The notes under the pieces are model-generated. The model was given only the letters and a program-made list of their open reading frames with translations, was not told the DNA's origin and made no database searches. From IMG/VR virus record IMGVR_UViG_3300025096_000004, positions 1 through 64,000 of that record: a stretch of 64,000 nt of DNA; one strand, 5' to 3'. The stretch is from a virus. The number at the start of each line of letters is the position of its first letter. Position 1 is the first letter of the stretch. A program made the translations under genes and the position numbers. Below are positions 9,492 through 17,657 of this stretch, piece after piece.

Positions 9492-9824
9492 ATGGATGTT
9501 TGGGTAGTTATAGATAGATACGATCACAGTGAACACATTGTTACAGTTCACCTGACCGAAAAGGGTGCAATGATTCACACTTATGGTATTTTGCTTGAGT
9601 CTTATGATGGTATTTGTGATTCTGTCTGGGATGATAGCGAGGACGACGACTTCAAAGAAGAGTACCCCGATGCTTATGAGTTTGTTAAGAAGTATTGTGG
9701 AAACATCGAAGAGGCCAAGCTTGCCGATTTGAGCAAGCATCAAGTTGATTTGACCTGTTTTATTGGAAATGCTACCGACTGGTCAACCGATGTATCAATT
9801 GAACAAACACGGCTGCAAGCATGA
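9492..9824 (+). CDS. Acidic hypothetical protein
   Basis: AGGAG SD after the boxed promoter. Confidence 0.65.
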   Translation: MDVWVVIDRYDHSEHIVTVHLTEKGAMIHTYGILLESYDGICDSVWDDSEDDDFKEEYPDAYEFVKKYCGNIEEAKLADLSKHQVDLTCFIGNATDWSTDVSIEQTRLQA

Positions 9825-9994
9825 AGGTCGGTGATTTAGTGAAACTGATACACAGCCTTTATGGTGGTTATGGCATCATTACCAATATAAGAGACTGGCC
9901 TAACAGTTCCTCCATCTGGTATACGGTTCACTGGCAAAACGGTGTAACACGGGAGACATACGAAGCTGATGAATTGGAGGCAGTATGCAAGTAG
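9821..9994 (+). CDS. MKVGDL-family mini-protein, 57 aa
   Basis: Hand-translated MKVGDLVKLI...GIITNI...YTVHW...LEAVCK. Confidence 0.75.
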   Translation: MKVGDLVKLIHSLYGGYGIITNIRDWPNSSSIWYTVHWQNGVTRETYEADELEAVCK

Positions 9995-10179
9995 GTGACT
10001 TAATCAAATGGACAGACTATAAAGGTGATACCCCCGTGGGGCATGTTGGCCTACTTATCAAAGACCTAAAGGACTATTGGTCAAACCCATCGGACTGGAA
10101 CGATTTCTACGTCCTTTGTGAAGGTCAGTATGTCTTTTGGACTTCATGGCAATGCGAGGTGTATAATGGAAGTAAATGA
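9985..10179 (+). CDS. MKVGDL-family mini-protein (MQVGDLIKW...)
   Basis: GGAGG SD inside the upstream cassette end. Confidence 0.75.
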   Translation: MQVGDLIKWTDYKGDTPVGHVGLLIKDLKDYWSNPSDWNDFYVLCEGQYVFWTSWQCEVYNGSK

Positions 10180-10357
10180 TTTAGTTAAGGTGCGAGGTCA
10201 CTGTGTTGAAGAGTACGCCCTCTTAATTGAAATAGAAGGAAAGAGCGGATGCAACTGGGTACGGGTGCGGTATTTTGACGGGGAGGAAGAGATACTTCAC
10301 CCAACCCAGATAACCCCAGTTAAGAAAACCGGACAAAATATGTCCTCGACAAGTTAA
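10166..10357 (+). CDS. MKVGDL-family mini-protein (MEVNDLVKVRGHC...)
   Basis: Paralog of 9071-9241; reads through boxed promoter 5. Confidence 0.75.
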   Translation: MEVNDLVKVRGHCVEEYALLIEIEGKSGCNWVRVRYFDGEEEILHPTQITPVKKTGQNMSSTS

Positions 10358-10373
10358 GGGAACAGGTTATATT
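10331..10373 (+). promoter_or_regulatory. Boxed promoter 5
   Basis: GGACA-aaata-TGTCC, TCGACA-16-TATATT. Confidence 0.85.
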
Positions 10374-10401
10374 ATAAGCATAACCCAAGCAGAGGTGACT
10401 T

Positions 10402-10605
10402 ATGAAAGTCGGTGATTTAATTGGTATCGGATGGAGCGGAGTGTGGAAACAGCCTTTTGTAGCAGTGATAAGAGAGGTACACTGTTTCCGAAAACACATG
10501 ACCAAAAAAGGCGAAATCAGTGGTTATACTGTTTTCATTCCAGCTACAGGAAAAGAAACATTCATAACCCCAAGAGATGTGAGGAGTCTAAATGAAGATA
10601 GGTGA
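10402..10605 (+). CDS. MKVGDL-family mini-protein
   Basis: MKVGDLIG...LNEDR. Confidence 0.75.
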   Translation: MKVGDLIGIGWSGVWKQPFVAVIREVHCFRKHMTKKGEISGYTVFIPATGKETFITPRDVRSLNEDR

Positions 10606-10759
10606 TTTAATAAAATACAAACATCGTTACATAGGGGAGCAATTTGTAGTTGTGGGTATCCGCAATTTCGGTAAAGCTGCCGCTGTGAAGTGCATATCAG
10701 CCAAAACCCTGAAAAAAACCAGATGGTCTTGTTCATCAACTGTTGAGGTACTCGCATGA
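10592..10759 (+). CDS. MKVGDL-family mini-protein, 55 aa
   Basis: Hand-translated MKIGDLIKY...VEVLA. Confidence 0.75.
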   Translation: MKIGDLIKYKHRYIGEQFVVVGIRNFGKAAAVKCISAKTLKKTRWSCSSTVEVLA

Positions 10760-10977
10760 AAAAGAATAAGTTCAAGATAGGTGATTTGATAACGATGTCT
10801 GCTGCTGGTCGCAATCTGTCGAGCAATTGGGCGTACAAAGGGGAAATGGGCATCATTGTCCAGATAATGTCAAATGTTGAGAACCCTTATCAAATACGAT
10901 GGATTCGATCAAAGTGGCGAAGAGCAGCTTGGTACAAGCAATATGAGCTAAAGTTTGTCAAACCGGACAAAAAATGA
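10756..10977 (+). CDS. MKVGDL-family mini-protein (MKKNKFKIGDLI...)
   Basis: ATGA overlap; GIIV and YQIRW strands. Confidence 0.7.
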   Translation: MKKNKFKIGDLITMSAAGRNLSSNWAYKGEMGIIVQIMSNVENPYQIRWIRSKWRRAAWYKQYELKFVKPDKK

Positions 10978-11007
10978 CCTCGACAAGTCGAGACAACAAG
11001 TTATATT
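10965..11007 (+). promoter_or_regulatory. Boxed promoter 6
   Basis: GGACA-aaaaa-TGACC, TCGACA-16-TATATT. Confidence 0.8.
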
Positions 11008-11037
11008 ATATATGAACCTCAAAAAAAGGAGATAAAA

Positions 11038-11853
11038 ATGCAATGTGGATATTGTTACAATTACGGACACAACAAAATGGGATGCCCTAAAGCAAAAGAA
11101 AGGGCTGCTACCATCCTACCCCAGTGGGAGCAGTGGCAGAAGATGGAGCATGACAACGACTATGTCAAAACCTCGACATATAAAGCTGCTCGTCACTTTG
11201 AATGGGAATACAAATATCGCGAAGCTCTTGATATACATCTTCAAAAGCAGAAGCGCAGCACAAAAGTTAAGGTTTGCAATTTCTGCGGTCAATCCGGCCA
11301 CAACAAAAGAACCTGCCAAGAGCTTAAAGACTTTAAGGGCGAAATAAAACAAGCAACCATCGCCTATAGAAAGACCGTCATCAATGCTATCTCCGAAACT
11401 GGACAGGGCATTGGCAGCATGTTTACGGGTGAATATTCACATTGGAATCGTCATAAGGGCGAATATGATGAGGGAAAGCAGGGCATCGCTTTGGTTACTG
11501 GTATCAAGTGGCACTTGATTAACTTGGTTGATGTTCGGGAGCATGGAGAAATCAGCCTCAATCGCAGTGTCAGTGAACCTATTTTTGAAGTTAGATGGAC
11601 TCATGGTTTCGTTGAGTCTCATGTTCCGTTTGTCAATTATAGTATTGACAACCAGTCAGTACTAAGTGTCAGTTGGAGAGGCTCAGATAAAAAACTACTT
11701 GCCCCCTCTAAAACTGTAACCCCACCCGACGGTTGGGCAACTTGCGATGATTCGCTTTCCCAACGTCATTTGTCCAAAGTTCTTTCTGGTCGCAAGTCTC
11801 AAAGAAAGAACCAGCTTGAGTACTTTCGAGGAAAAATGAACCAGTGGAAGTAA
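11038..11853 (+). CDS. Double CCHC zinc-knuckle protein, paralog 2
   Basis: CGYCYNYGHNKMGC and CNFCGQSGHNKRTC. Confidence 0.8.
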   Translation: MQCGYCYNYGHNKMGCPKAKERAATILPQWEQWQKMEHDNDYVKTSTYKAARHFEWEYKYREALDIHLQKQKRSTKVKVCNFCGQSGHNKRTCQELKDFKGEIKQATIAYRKTVINAISETGQGIGSMFTGEYSHWNRHKGEYDEGKQGIALVTGIKWHLINLVDVREHGEISLNRSVSEPIFEVRWTHGFVESHVPFVNYSIDNQSVLSVSWRGSDKKLLAPSKTVTPPDGWATCDDSLSQRHLSKVLSGRKSQRKNQLEYFRGKMNQWK

Positions 11854-11856
11854 ACC

Positions 11857-11899
11857 GGACAGAATCTGTCCTCGACAAGTTAAGAGAACAGGTTACATT
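11857..11899 (+). promoter_or_regulatory. Boxed promoter 7
   Basis: GGACA-gaatc-TGTCC, TCGACA-16-TACATT. Confidence 0.85.
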
Positions 11900-11928
11900 A
11901 TATACATCACTCAAGCAATGGAGGTCGG

Positions 11929-12234
11929 ATGAACGACCAAGCTATAACAAACCTAATTAAAGTCCTGCTCAACGGTTCGGACGCATCTTATCGACTCAAG
12001 CGACAAATTACCAACGCTCTTGACCCTGACAATGTGGCCATCTGGTGGCATGTTTCCGATGTTGAACATATCGCAGCAAAAGAAGAAGAAGCCTATGGTG
12101 AAGCTGTCGGCTCAATCTATGACCGCTCACAGTTCCACGACTTGCTGGAGGATGTCTGCGGAAACTCCGAGTATGGGGTGACTGTCGAGACAATTGAAGA
12201 TACCCTTAACTATTACAAACAGGAAGGTGCGTAA
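11929..12234 (+). CDS. Hypothetical protein
   Basis: GGAGGT SD. Confidence 0.65.
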   Translation: MNDQAITNLIKVLLNGSDASYRLKRQITNALDPDNVAIWWHVSDVEHIAAKEEEAYGEAVGSIYDRSQFHDLLEDVCGNSEYGVTVETIEDTLNYYKQEGA

Positions 12235-12578
12235 TGGGATACCGTTCAGACGTTATATTCTGGGTTCACAAGTCATTGGTCAGCAGATTGCTAACAATGA
12301 CCAACCAAGACAAAGAAGCTTTCAATGTCCTTTTCAAATGGGCAGACCTCGAAAAAGACAAAGAGGGTAACATGAAGTTTGACATAGGCCACATCAAATG
12401 GTATGATGCCTATGGAGGCGTTGCAGCCATCGAAGGCTTTATGTGTGACTTGGAAGCTGAAGACGAAGAGTGGGGCTTTGGCTTTCACAGACTTGGTGAA
12501 GAGTTTGGCGACCACGAACAACGTGGACAGTCCGAGCTTTGGGAAGTGTACCCAATGCAGAGTCTGTCATGCAATTGA
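12234..12578 (+). CDS. Hypothetical phage protein (MGYRSDV...)
   Basis: TAATG coupling with the upstream gene. Confidence 0.7.
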   Translation: MGYRSDVIFWVHKSLVSRLLTMTNQDKEAFNVLFKWADLEKDKEGNMKFDIGHIKWYDAYGGVAAIEGFMCDLEAEDEEWGFGFHRLGEEFGDHEQRGQSELWEVYPMQSLSCN

Positions 12579-12586
12579 TATTTTAT

Positions 12587-12728
12587 GGGGATGCCCTGCG
12601 CCAGCGCACACTGGCAATGGGGTTGAAACGGTGGTTCCAGTTGTGCGACTCGCACCGCCTCAGTTGATGGATCGACTGGCTGCACTCAAGGTGTGGTTGG
12701 AGCGTGGGTTCGACTCCCACCATCCCCT
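12587..12728 (+). ncRNA. tRNA-like structured RNA, 142 nt (unassigned)
   Basis: GGGGATG/CATCCCC acceptor-like stem plus GTGGG-TTCGACT-CCCAC T arm; several internal hairpins; no canonical D or anticodon arm; intergenic. Confidence 0.6.
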
Positions 12729-12739
12729 TTCACTTTTTC

Positions 12740-12782
12740 GGACATTTTCTGTCCTCGACAAGTCGAGACAATATGTTATATT
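12740..12782 (+). promoter_or_regulatory. Boxed promoter 8
   Basis: GGACA-ttttc-TGTCC, TCGACA-16-TATATT. Confidence 0.85.
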
Positions 12783-12811
12783 ATATATGAACCTCAAAGA
12801 AAGGAGCTAAC

Positions 12812-13192
12812 ATGGCTTATTTAAAACCAAACATGACAGTATTCATGGCCAACAACGGCCAGCCCATCTATTCAACAATTGAGAAGATTGCCTTCCGCAA
12901 GTATTGGGGAAAGAAGCGAGACAAGAAAACAGGACTGATGAAAAAAGCAAGAAAATCAATGCCTTATGCGATTTGTACTGTTAAAATGTCATCTGATACC
13001 GACATACCCACGGGGGCGCAATTCACAATCGCTGGCTATCAGCTTCGCAACGTGATTATGAAAGGTGAGAAAATCCTGACCTTCGACCAAAAGTATGTGG
13101 CAGACTTCGCCCAAGAGTACGGTAACAAGTGGGTCAGACGCATGATTATTGAAGAGTTCAAGCATGATGGTGATGACAATGAAAGTCGGTGA
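12812..13192 (+). CDS. Basic hypothetical protein ending NESR
   Basis: AGGAG SD; 3' end forms the junction into a cassette array. Confidence 0.7.
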   Translation: MAYLKPNMTVFMANNGQPIYSTIEKIAFRKYWGKKRDKKTGLMKKARKSMPYAICTVKMSSDTDIPTGAQFTIAGYQLRNVIMKGEKILTFDQKYVADFAQEYGNKWVRRMIIEEFKHDGDDNESR

Positions 13193-13364
13193 TTTGATAA
13201 AAGATAAGATGAGCGAACAAGTCGGCATCATTGTGGCCACCAAGATGGTAAATAATGGGTCTGCCCCCGCCGGTGAACTTGAGCCATATCACCGATGCTT
13301 GGTTGGCAAGGATTACATTTGGTTTTTTGAGATTTCATTGGAGGTCATCAATGAAAATCGGTGA
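13179..13364 (+). CDS. MKVGDL-family mini-protein
   Basis: MKVGDLIK...LEVINENR. Confidence 0.8.
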   Translation: MKVGDLIKDKMSEQVGIIVATKMVNNGSAPAGELEPYHRCLVGKDYIWFFEISLEVINENR

Positions 13365-13551
13365 TGCAGTAAGAATAACAACAGAGTTTGGGCAATACTG
13401 GCATTATACTGTGGAGATTTCTGGCATGGTCGGAATACTCCTTCGTCTCAATCGAGGGAATGACCAAGCTGAAGTTTATCTTTCCAATGGACAGACCTGT
13501 AAAATTAGTTGCCCCCATGCTTGGTTGGAGGTGTTAAATGAAAGTAGGTGA
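13351..13551 (+). CDS. MKVGDL-family mini-protein
   Basis: MKIGDAVR...LEVLNESR. Confidence 0.8.
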   Translation: MKIGDAVRITTEFGQYWHYTVEISGMVGILLRLNRGNDQAEVYLSNGQTCKISCPHAWLEVLNESR

Positions 13552-13714
13552 TTTGGTAAACGTAAGAGACTATGGAGTCGGTGTCATTGCTGATTTTACT
13601 TGGGAGTTTGTTCAGGATGTGCCGTATAAATGGGCTTCCATCTGGTTGATTGCTCAAGAACGCCTAATTTTTACTTCAATTACTTTAGTCGAGGTCATCA
13701 ATGAAAATCGGTGA
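13538..13714 (+). CDS. MKVGDL-family mini-protein, 58 aa
   Basis: Hand-translated MKVGDLVNVR...VEVINENR. Confidence 0.8.
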   Translation: MKVGDLVNVRDYGVGVIADFTWEFVQDVPYKWASIWLIAQERLIFTSITLVEVINENR

Positions 13715-13886
13715 TTTAATTATACGAAAATACGATGGTATGTTAGCCATAGTTATCAACACAGACAGGCTTCACACTGGCCTCGTCACGGTGCAGTACT
13801 ACGCAGTACCCAAAGAAGCTGAATACGGTGGCTGGCACTGTGATGACCTTGCGTCAAGCTGGAGGCTTCAAGATGAAAGTCGGTGA
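13701..13886 (+). CDS. MKVGDL-family mini-protein
   Basis: MKIGDLII...QDESR. Confidence 0.8.
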   Translation: MKIGDLIIRKYDGMLAIVINTDRLHTGLVTVQYYAVPKEAEYGGWHCDDLASSWRLQDESR

Positions 13887-14028
13887 TTTGGTAAGAGATA
13901 CGCAATTCAATGATGTCGGTGTCGTTGTTGAAATTGATGAAGGGGAGAACCTATATAAAATAATATTCCCCAACAGCATGGAATGGCTAACAGATGCTTA
14001 CATCGAGGTGATAAGTGAAAGTAGGTGA
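13873..14028 (+). CDS. MKVGDL-family mini-protein
   Basis: MKVGDLVRD...IEVISESR. Confidence 0.8.
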   Translation: MKVGDLVRDTQFNDVGVVVEIDEGENLYKIIFPNSMEWLTDAYIEVISESR

Positions 14029-14197
14029 CTTGGTCAAGTGGACAGCACCGCATCCCCACCCTGAAGACTGCATTATCGGTCTTGTCGAAGCGGTTTGCGA
14101 TAGATATATCTATGTGCGGTGGGCAGATGGCACACTCGATGAATATGAGGTTGAAGACTGGAAATCTAAACGTCTTGATTTGGAGGTGATAAGTTAA
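14015..14197 (+). CDS. MKVGDL-family mini-protein (array-terminal, EVIS-stop)
   Basis: GTG start; MKVGDLVKW...LEVIS. Confidence 0.8.
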   Translation: MKVGDLVKWTAPHPHPEDCIIGLVEAVCDRYIYVRWADGTLDEYEVEDWKSKRLDLEVIS

Positions 14198-14201
14198 GAC
14201 C

Positions 14202-14244
14202 GGACAGAATATGTCCTCGACAATTCAACCAAACAGGTTACATT
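14202..14244 (+). promoter_or_regulatory. Boxed promoter 9
   Basis: GGACA-gaata-TGTCC, TCGACA-16-TACATT. Confidence 0.85.
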
Positions 14245-14274
14245 ATATACATCACTCAGACAATGGAGGTCACA

Positions 14275-14496
14275 ATGAAAAAAGGTGACTTAATCAGAAA
14301 CAAAAACGATGGCGAGTTCGCCATAATCCTTTCAACCTATACCAAGTTCTTTCAGGACTCCAACTACTCCGGTGAGCATGACTATGGGGTGGCCGACACC
14401 GCTGTCCGTATCAAGTGGATTGAAGGAGGTCATGAGCATACCTTTCAGAGGTCAAAGATGCGTCGAAATTGGGAGGTTCTCAATGAAAGTCGGTGA
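14275..14496 (+). CDS. MKVGDL-family mini-protein
   Basis: MKKGDLIR...WEVLNESR. Confidence 0.8.
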   Translation: MKKGDLIRNKNDGEFAIILSTYTKFFQDSNYSGEHDYGVADTAVRIKWIEGGHEHTFQRSKMRRNWEVLNESR

Positions 14497-14656
14497 TTTA
14501 GTAAAGGTTAGGGGCATTAGCCAGAAGAGGTTGGGGCTTGTGGTTGAGATCCCACCCCATGATGACTATTGGGGAGATACTGCTGTTGTAGAATGGCTTT
14601 GTGGCTTTAGAGAAGAGCTAACCCAAGATAGAGTGGAGGTTGTATCATGCAAGTAG
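14483..14656 (+). CDS. MKVGDL-family mini-protein
   Basis: MKVGDLVKV...VEVVSCK. Confidence 0.8.
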   Translation: MKVGDLVKVRGISQKRLGLVVEIPPHDDYWGDTAVVEWLCGFREELTQDRVEVVSCK

Positions 14657-14859
14657 GCGATTTAGTTAAGTTCCGCTATATCTATAGCGGTTGTGACTTG
14701 AACGATAAAAAAGCCCTGTACTTGGGTGAAGCTTTCATCCATCGGAATGATGGTATCGTCGTTGAGAATCATAAGATTCTTGAGATTGGAGCCACAAAGC
14801 CAACAATCGTCGATTCTGGTTTGCTCAAGTACATGGAGGTTATCAATGAAAGTCGGTGA
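14647..14859 (+). CDS. MKVGDL-family mini-protein
   Basis: MQVGDLVKF...MEVINESR. Confidence 0.8.
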   Translation: MQVGDLVKFRYIYSGCDLNDKKALYLGEAFIHRNDGIVVENHKILEIGATKPTIVDSGLLKYMEVINESR

Positions 14860-14995
14860 TTTAGTTAAAGACCAGCACGGCAACACCGGAATCATTACAA
14901 AGGGATACTGGGGAAACCATAAACATTGGTGGGTTCATTGGACTCATGGCGGCTCAAATACAATCCACGAACGATGGTTGGAGGTGATAGCATGA
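14846..14995 (+). CDS. MKVGDL-family mini-protein
   Basis: MKVGDLVKD...LEVIA. Confidence 0.8.
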   Translation: MKVGDLVKDQHGNTGIITKGYWGNHKHWWVHWTHGGSNTIHERWLEVIA

Positions 14996-15156
14996 AAGTC
15001 GGTGATTTAGCAATGACCCACAGGGGCAACCTTTGCGTTGTGGTCGAGGTCGGCAAAAACATTTGGGGTCGAATCGACTGGTACAACATTGTTTTCAGTT
15101 CTTCTGGATACCTACGCACCGGATACCCTGCCCACTGGCTACGGAGGCACCGATGA
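14992..15156 (+). CDS. MKVGDL-family mini-protein
   Basis: MKVGDLAMT...WLRRHR. Confidence 0.75.
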   Translation: MKVGDLAMTHRGNLCVVVEVGKNIWGRIDWYNIVFSSSGYLRTGYPAHWLRRHR

Positions 15157-15359
15157 AAGTAGGTGATTTAGTAAGATTTACCGACAAAGGAACATATTCA
15201 AAATGGTTCTATTGCAGATATGCAAAGATTGAGAGTGTGAGCAAATGCAAAGCACATCTTCGTGTAAGATGGATTTTTCCTGTGAAATATTATGATAGAT
15301 GGACAACAATATCTGACTTTGGCGCAGATAAGTTTGAGGTCATCAATGAAGGTCGGTGA
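15153..15359 (+). CDS. MKVGDL-family mini-protein
   Basis: MKVGDLVRF...FEVINEGR. Confidence 0.8.
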   Translation: MKVGDLVRFTDKGTYSKWFYCRYAKIESVSKCKAHLRVRWIFPVKYYDRWTTISDFGADKFEVINEGR

Positions 15360-15513
15360 TTTGATAAGGTCAAAAATGAATAATGGACTTCTTGGCATCA
15401 TTAAGGAAGCCTATGACTCTCCGAAGGGATTGTGGATAATCCATTGGATGGACGGTGGAACCTTTCATTCAGGGTCTTTGGCTCATGAGAACAATTTTGA
15501 GGTAATAAGTTAA
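15346..15513 (+). CDS. MKVGDL-family mini-protein (array-terminal)
   Basis: MKVGDLIRS...FEVIS. Confidence 0.8.
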   Translation: MKVGDLIRSKMNNGLLGIIKEAYDSPKGLWIIHWMDGGTFHSGSLAHENNFEVIS

Positions 15514-15515
15514 GC

Positions 15516-15558
15516 GGACATTTTCTGTCCTCGACAATCTGACCAAACAGGTTAGATT
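15516..15558 (+). promoter_or_regulatory. Boxed promoter 10
   Basis: GGACA-ttttc-TGTCC, TCGACA-16-TAGATT. Confidence 0.85.
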
Positions 15559-15587
15559 ATAAGCATAACCCAAACCGTGGAGACACA

Positions 15588-16421
15588 ATGAACATATTTG
15601 AAAACAACGGAAGTGGCCGAAGCACATCAGCTTGCGGCTATTGCAGAACCACCGGACACGACATTAGGGACTGCCCACAGGTTCCCAAAGATTATGCCTA
15701 TTGGAAAGACTACAAAGTACCGCTTCAAGCTGGCAATCCCTGTCGCTGGTTCGCTGCTAATCAGCCCAAGTACTGGGGCGAGTGGTACACCAAGTGCATC
15801 AACGCCATGCACAGACAGCTTGAATATCAAAAGAAGAAGAACCAACCAAAAGTTAAGCGCACCTCTTATCCTCGTTCTTGCGGCTTCTGCGGTGAACTTG
15901 GACATACCCGTCGAAAGTGTCAGAAGATGAAGACCTTCTTGGTCGAAGCTTATCAAGCCAATGAGAACTGGCGACGAAAAGCCTATGAAGCTTTGGTCAA
16001 CAATCTTGGTATTTCTGTCGGTGCTGCTATAAAAGTTAAGAAAAGTGCTGGGTATCACTACGGTGCAGAGGCAACAGAGCATGTAGCCTTGGTGTCTTCG
16101 GTCAATTGGGATAAGTTAAACCTGTCCTGTGCCAATCAAACATGGGAAGACCAGTGGAGACAGCACCTCAGTGTGGAAGTCCTTCTCAACGGTCAAACCC
16201 TCACACTAAGGTTTGCAGACAGACTGCTTGAACCTGTTTTCCGTCACATTTCTGGCTATAGTGGTGTCACTTATCTTGATAAGGTCGCCCCTGCTCCAAA
16301 GCCCCTTGATGAGTCTTGGGTCACTGACTACAAAGAAGCTTTCGACTTCATCGCAAAGAAGCGCAGCTATGAAAGGCTTGAGCAAGCGGGTATCGTCGCT
16401 CTTGTCGAGAAGTGGAAATAA
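15588..16421 (+). CDS. Double CCHC zinc-knuckle protein, paralog 3
   Basis: CGYCRTTGHDIRDC and CGFCGELGHTRRKC. Confidence 0.8.
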   Translation: MNIFENNGSGRSTSACGYCRTTGHDIRDCPQVPKDYAYWKDYKVPLQAGNPCRWFAANQPKYWGEWYTKCINAMHRQLEYQKKKNQPKVKRTSYPRSCGFCGELGHTRRKCQKMKTFLVEAYQANENWRRKAYEALVNNLGISVGAAIKVKKSAGYHYGAEATEHVALVSSVNWDKLNLSCANQTWEDQWRQHLSVEVLLNGQTLTLRFADRLLEPVFRHISGYSGVTYLDKVAPAPKPLDESWVTDYKEAFDFIAKKRSYERLEQAGIVALVEKWK

Positions 16422-16423
16422 AC

Positions 16424-16466
16424 GGACATTTTCTGTCCTCGACAACTGTCGAGGATAGGTTATATT
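16424..16466 (+). promoter_or_regulatory. Boxed promoter 11
   Basis: GGACA-ttttc-TGTCC, TCGACA-16-TATATT. Confidence 0.85.
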
Positions 16467-16495
16467 ATATACATCACTCAAGAACAGGAACTTTT

Positions 16496-17257
16496 ATGAC
16501 AGCAAAACAACAACAACTTGCCCTCATCCAAAAAACCATCGAAGCTGCCGACAAGCTTGGCAACAAAAGGGATGTTTACACTCTGGGTTCTCTCCTGCGC
16601 TATCGACAAAAGCGAAAGCTGTCCCACCGTCAGGAAGACTTCTTAAAGAAGCTAATCCAGCGCAACGATGAGTCTGCATTGAAGGCACTGGCTGATAAAA
16701 ATGCAGAGTGGGAGCGTGAATGGCGAAGCAACGATGAATTGAGGGCAAAGGCCGAGGTCATTGCAAATTATTATTTGACCACGACCTACTATAATGTACC
16801 TGCTCGAAAGGTCATTCAATGGCGCAAGATTGAAAGCTTTACAGCCCACTCAGAAGAAGAGAAGAGCGAGTTGTATGCAGACTGTCTCCCTCCGAAGCGT
16901 CAGGTTTTGAGAATGGTTAACAACAAGTATGCTGAGAACGTATGGCAAAGCCACAATGCCGAGCCTAAATGGAAGGTCGGTGACATGGTAGCTATCCGCA
17001 AGTCTTATAAAGGAACCCTTAACCTTGGAAACAAAATCGCCACAAGCCATTGGCATGGCAAACAAGGTTTCCCGATGTTCGATGAATTGAGCTATTTGAT
17101 TGTAGCAGTGGATTCAAAGCCAATCAGTGAGTCTCTCAAGTACGACAAGAGCCGAGGTGGTTGCAGATATTACAAACTGCTACCCGTAGGCTACCCTACC
17201 CCCGTGGATGTCATGGAGTGTAACCTAAAGAAGCTTCTCAAAAAACAGGTGAGCTAA
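16496..17257 (+). CDS. Hypothetical protein with C-terminal SH3-like segment (WKVGDMVA)
   Basis: Start placed downstream of the boxed promoter; TAATG coupling to the next cassette. Confidence 0.65.
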   Translation: MTAKQQQLALIQKTIEAADKLGNKRDVYTLGSLLRYRQKRKLSHRQEDFLKKLIQRNDESALKALADKNAEWEREWRSNDELRAKAEVIANYYLTTTYYNVPARKVIQWRKIESFTAHSEEEKSELYADCLPPKRQVLRMVNNKYAENVWQSHNAEPKWKVGDMVAIRKSYKGTLNLGNKIATSHWHGKQGFPMFDELSYLIVAVDSKPISESLKYDKSRGGCRYYKLLPVGYPTPVDVMECNLKKLLKKQVS

Positions 17258-17451
17258 TGAAAGTCGGTAATTTAGTTACATGGTCGGAACCCTCCCCGTA
17301 CCCCGAACAATGTCAGCTTGGTGTGATTATAACAATCGAAGCTTGTACGATTTGTCCAGAAGACCAGTACGTCCAGATTCAATGGGCAGATGAGGAGAAA
17401 GGCAGCAGCAGGTCATGGGAACAAGTCCAAGACATAAAGGTGATAGCATGA
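17257..17451 (+). CDS. MKVGDL-family mini-protein
   Basis: MKVGNLVTW...IKVIA. Confidence 0.8.
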   Translation: MKVGNLVTWSEPSPYPEQCQLGVIITIEACTICPEDQYVQIQWADEEKGSSRSWEQVQDIKVIA

Positions 17452-17657
17452 AAGTCGGTGATTTAGTTAAATACAAGACAACTGGTGACATGGGCTTGAT
17501 TATTCGGATGGAGACAAAGCCAGCTTTGCCAACCGATAGAGAATGGGTTTATGTGGCATGGATAGGCCAAGAAGGTCAAGCCACTCGATGGCGATGGGGT
17601 CGAGAACTCTCAGGGTATCCCAAAGCAGACTTGGAGGTCATCAATGAAGGTCGGTGA
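17448..17657 (+). CDS. MKVGDL-family mini-protein
   Basis: MKVGDLVKY...LEVINEGR. Confidence 0.8.
   Translation: MKVGDLVKYKTTGDMGLIIRMETKPALPTDREWVYVAWIGQEGQATRWRWGRELSGYPKADLEVINEGR

Noticed and set aside
12587-12728. Canonical tRNA or tmRNA call
   Set aside because: 142 nt, no recognisable D or anticodon arm, no G3-U70 pair and no tag ORF. Kept as an unassigned tRNA-like RNA.
12403-12810. 135-aa ORF spanning the tRNA-like RNA and boxed promoter 8
   Set aside because: It overlaps a better gene, a structured RNA and a promoter; likely a chance open frame.
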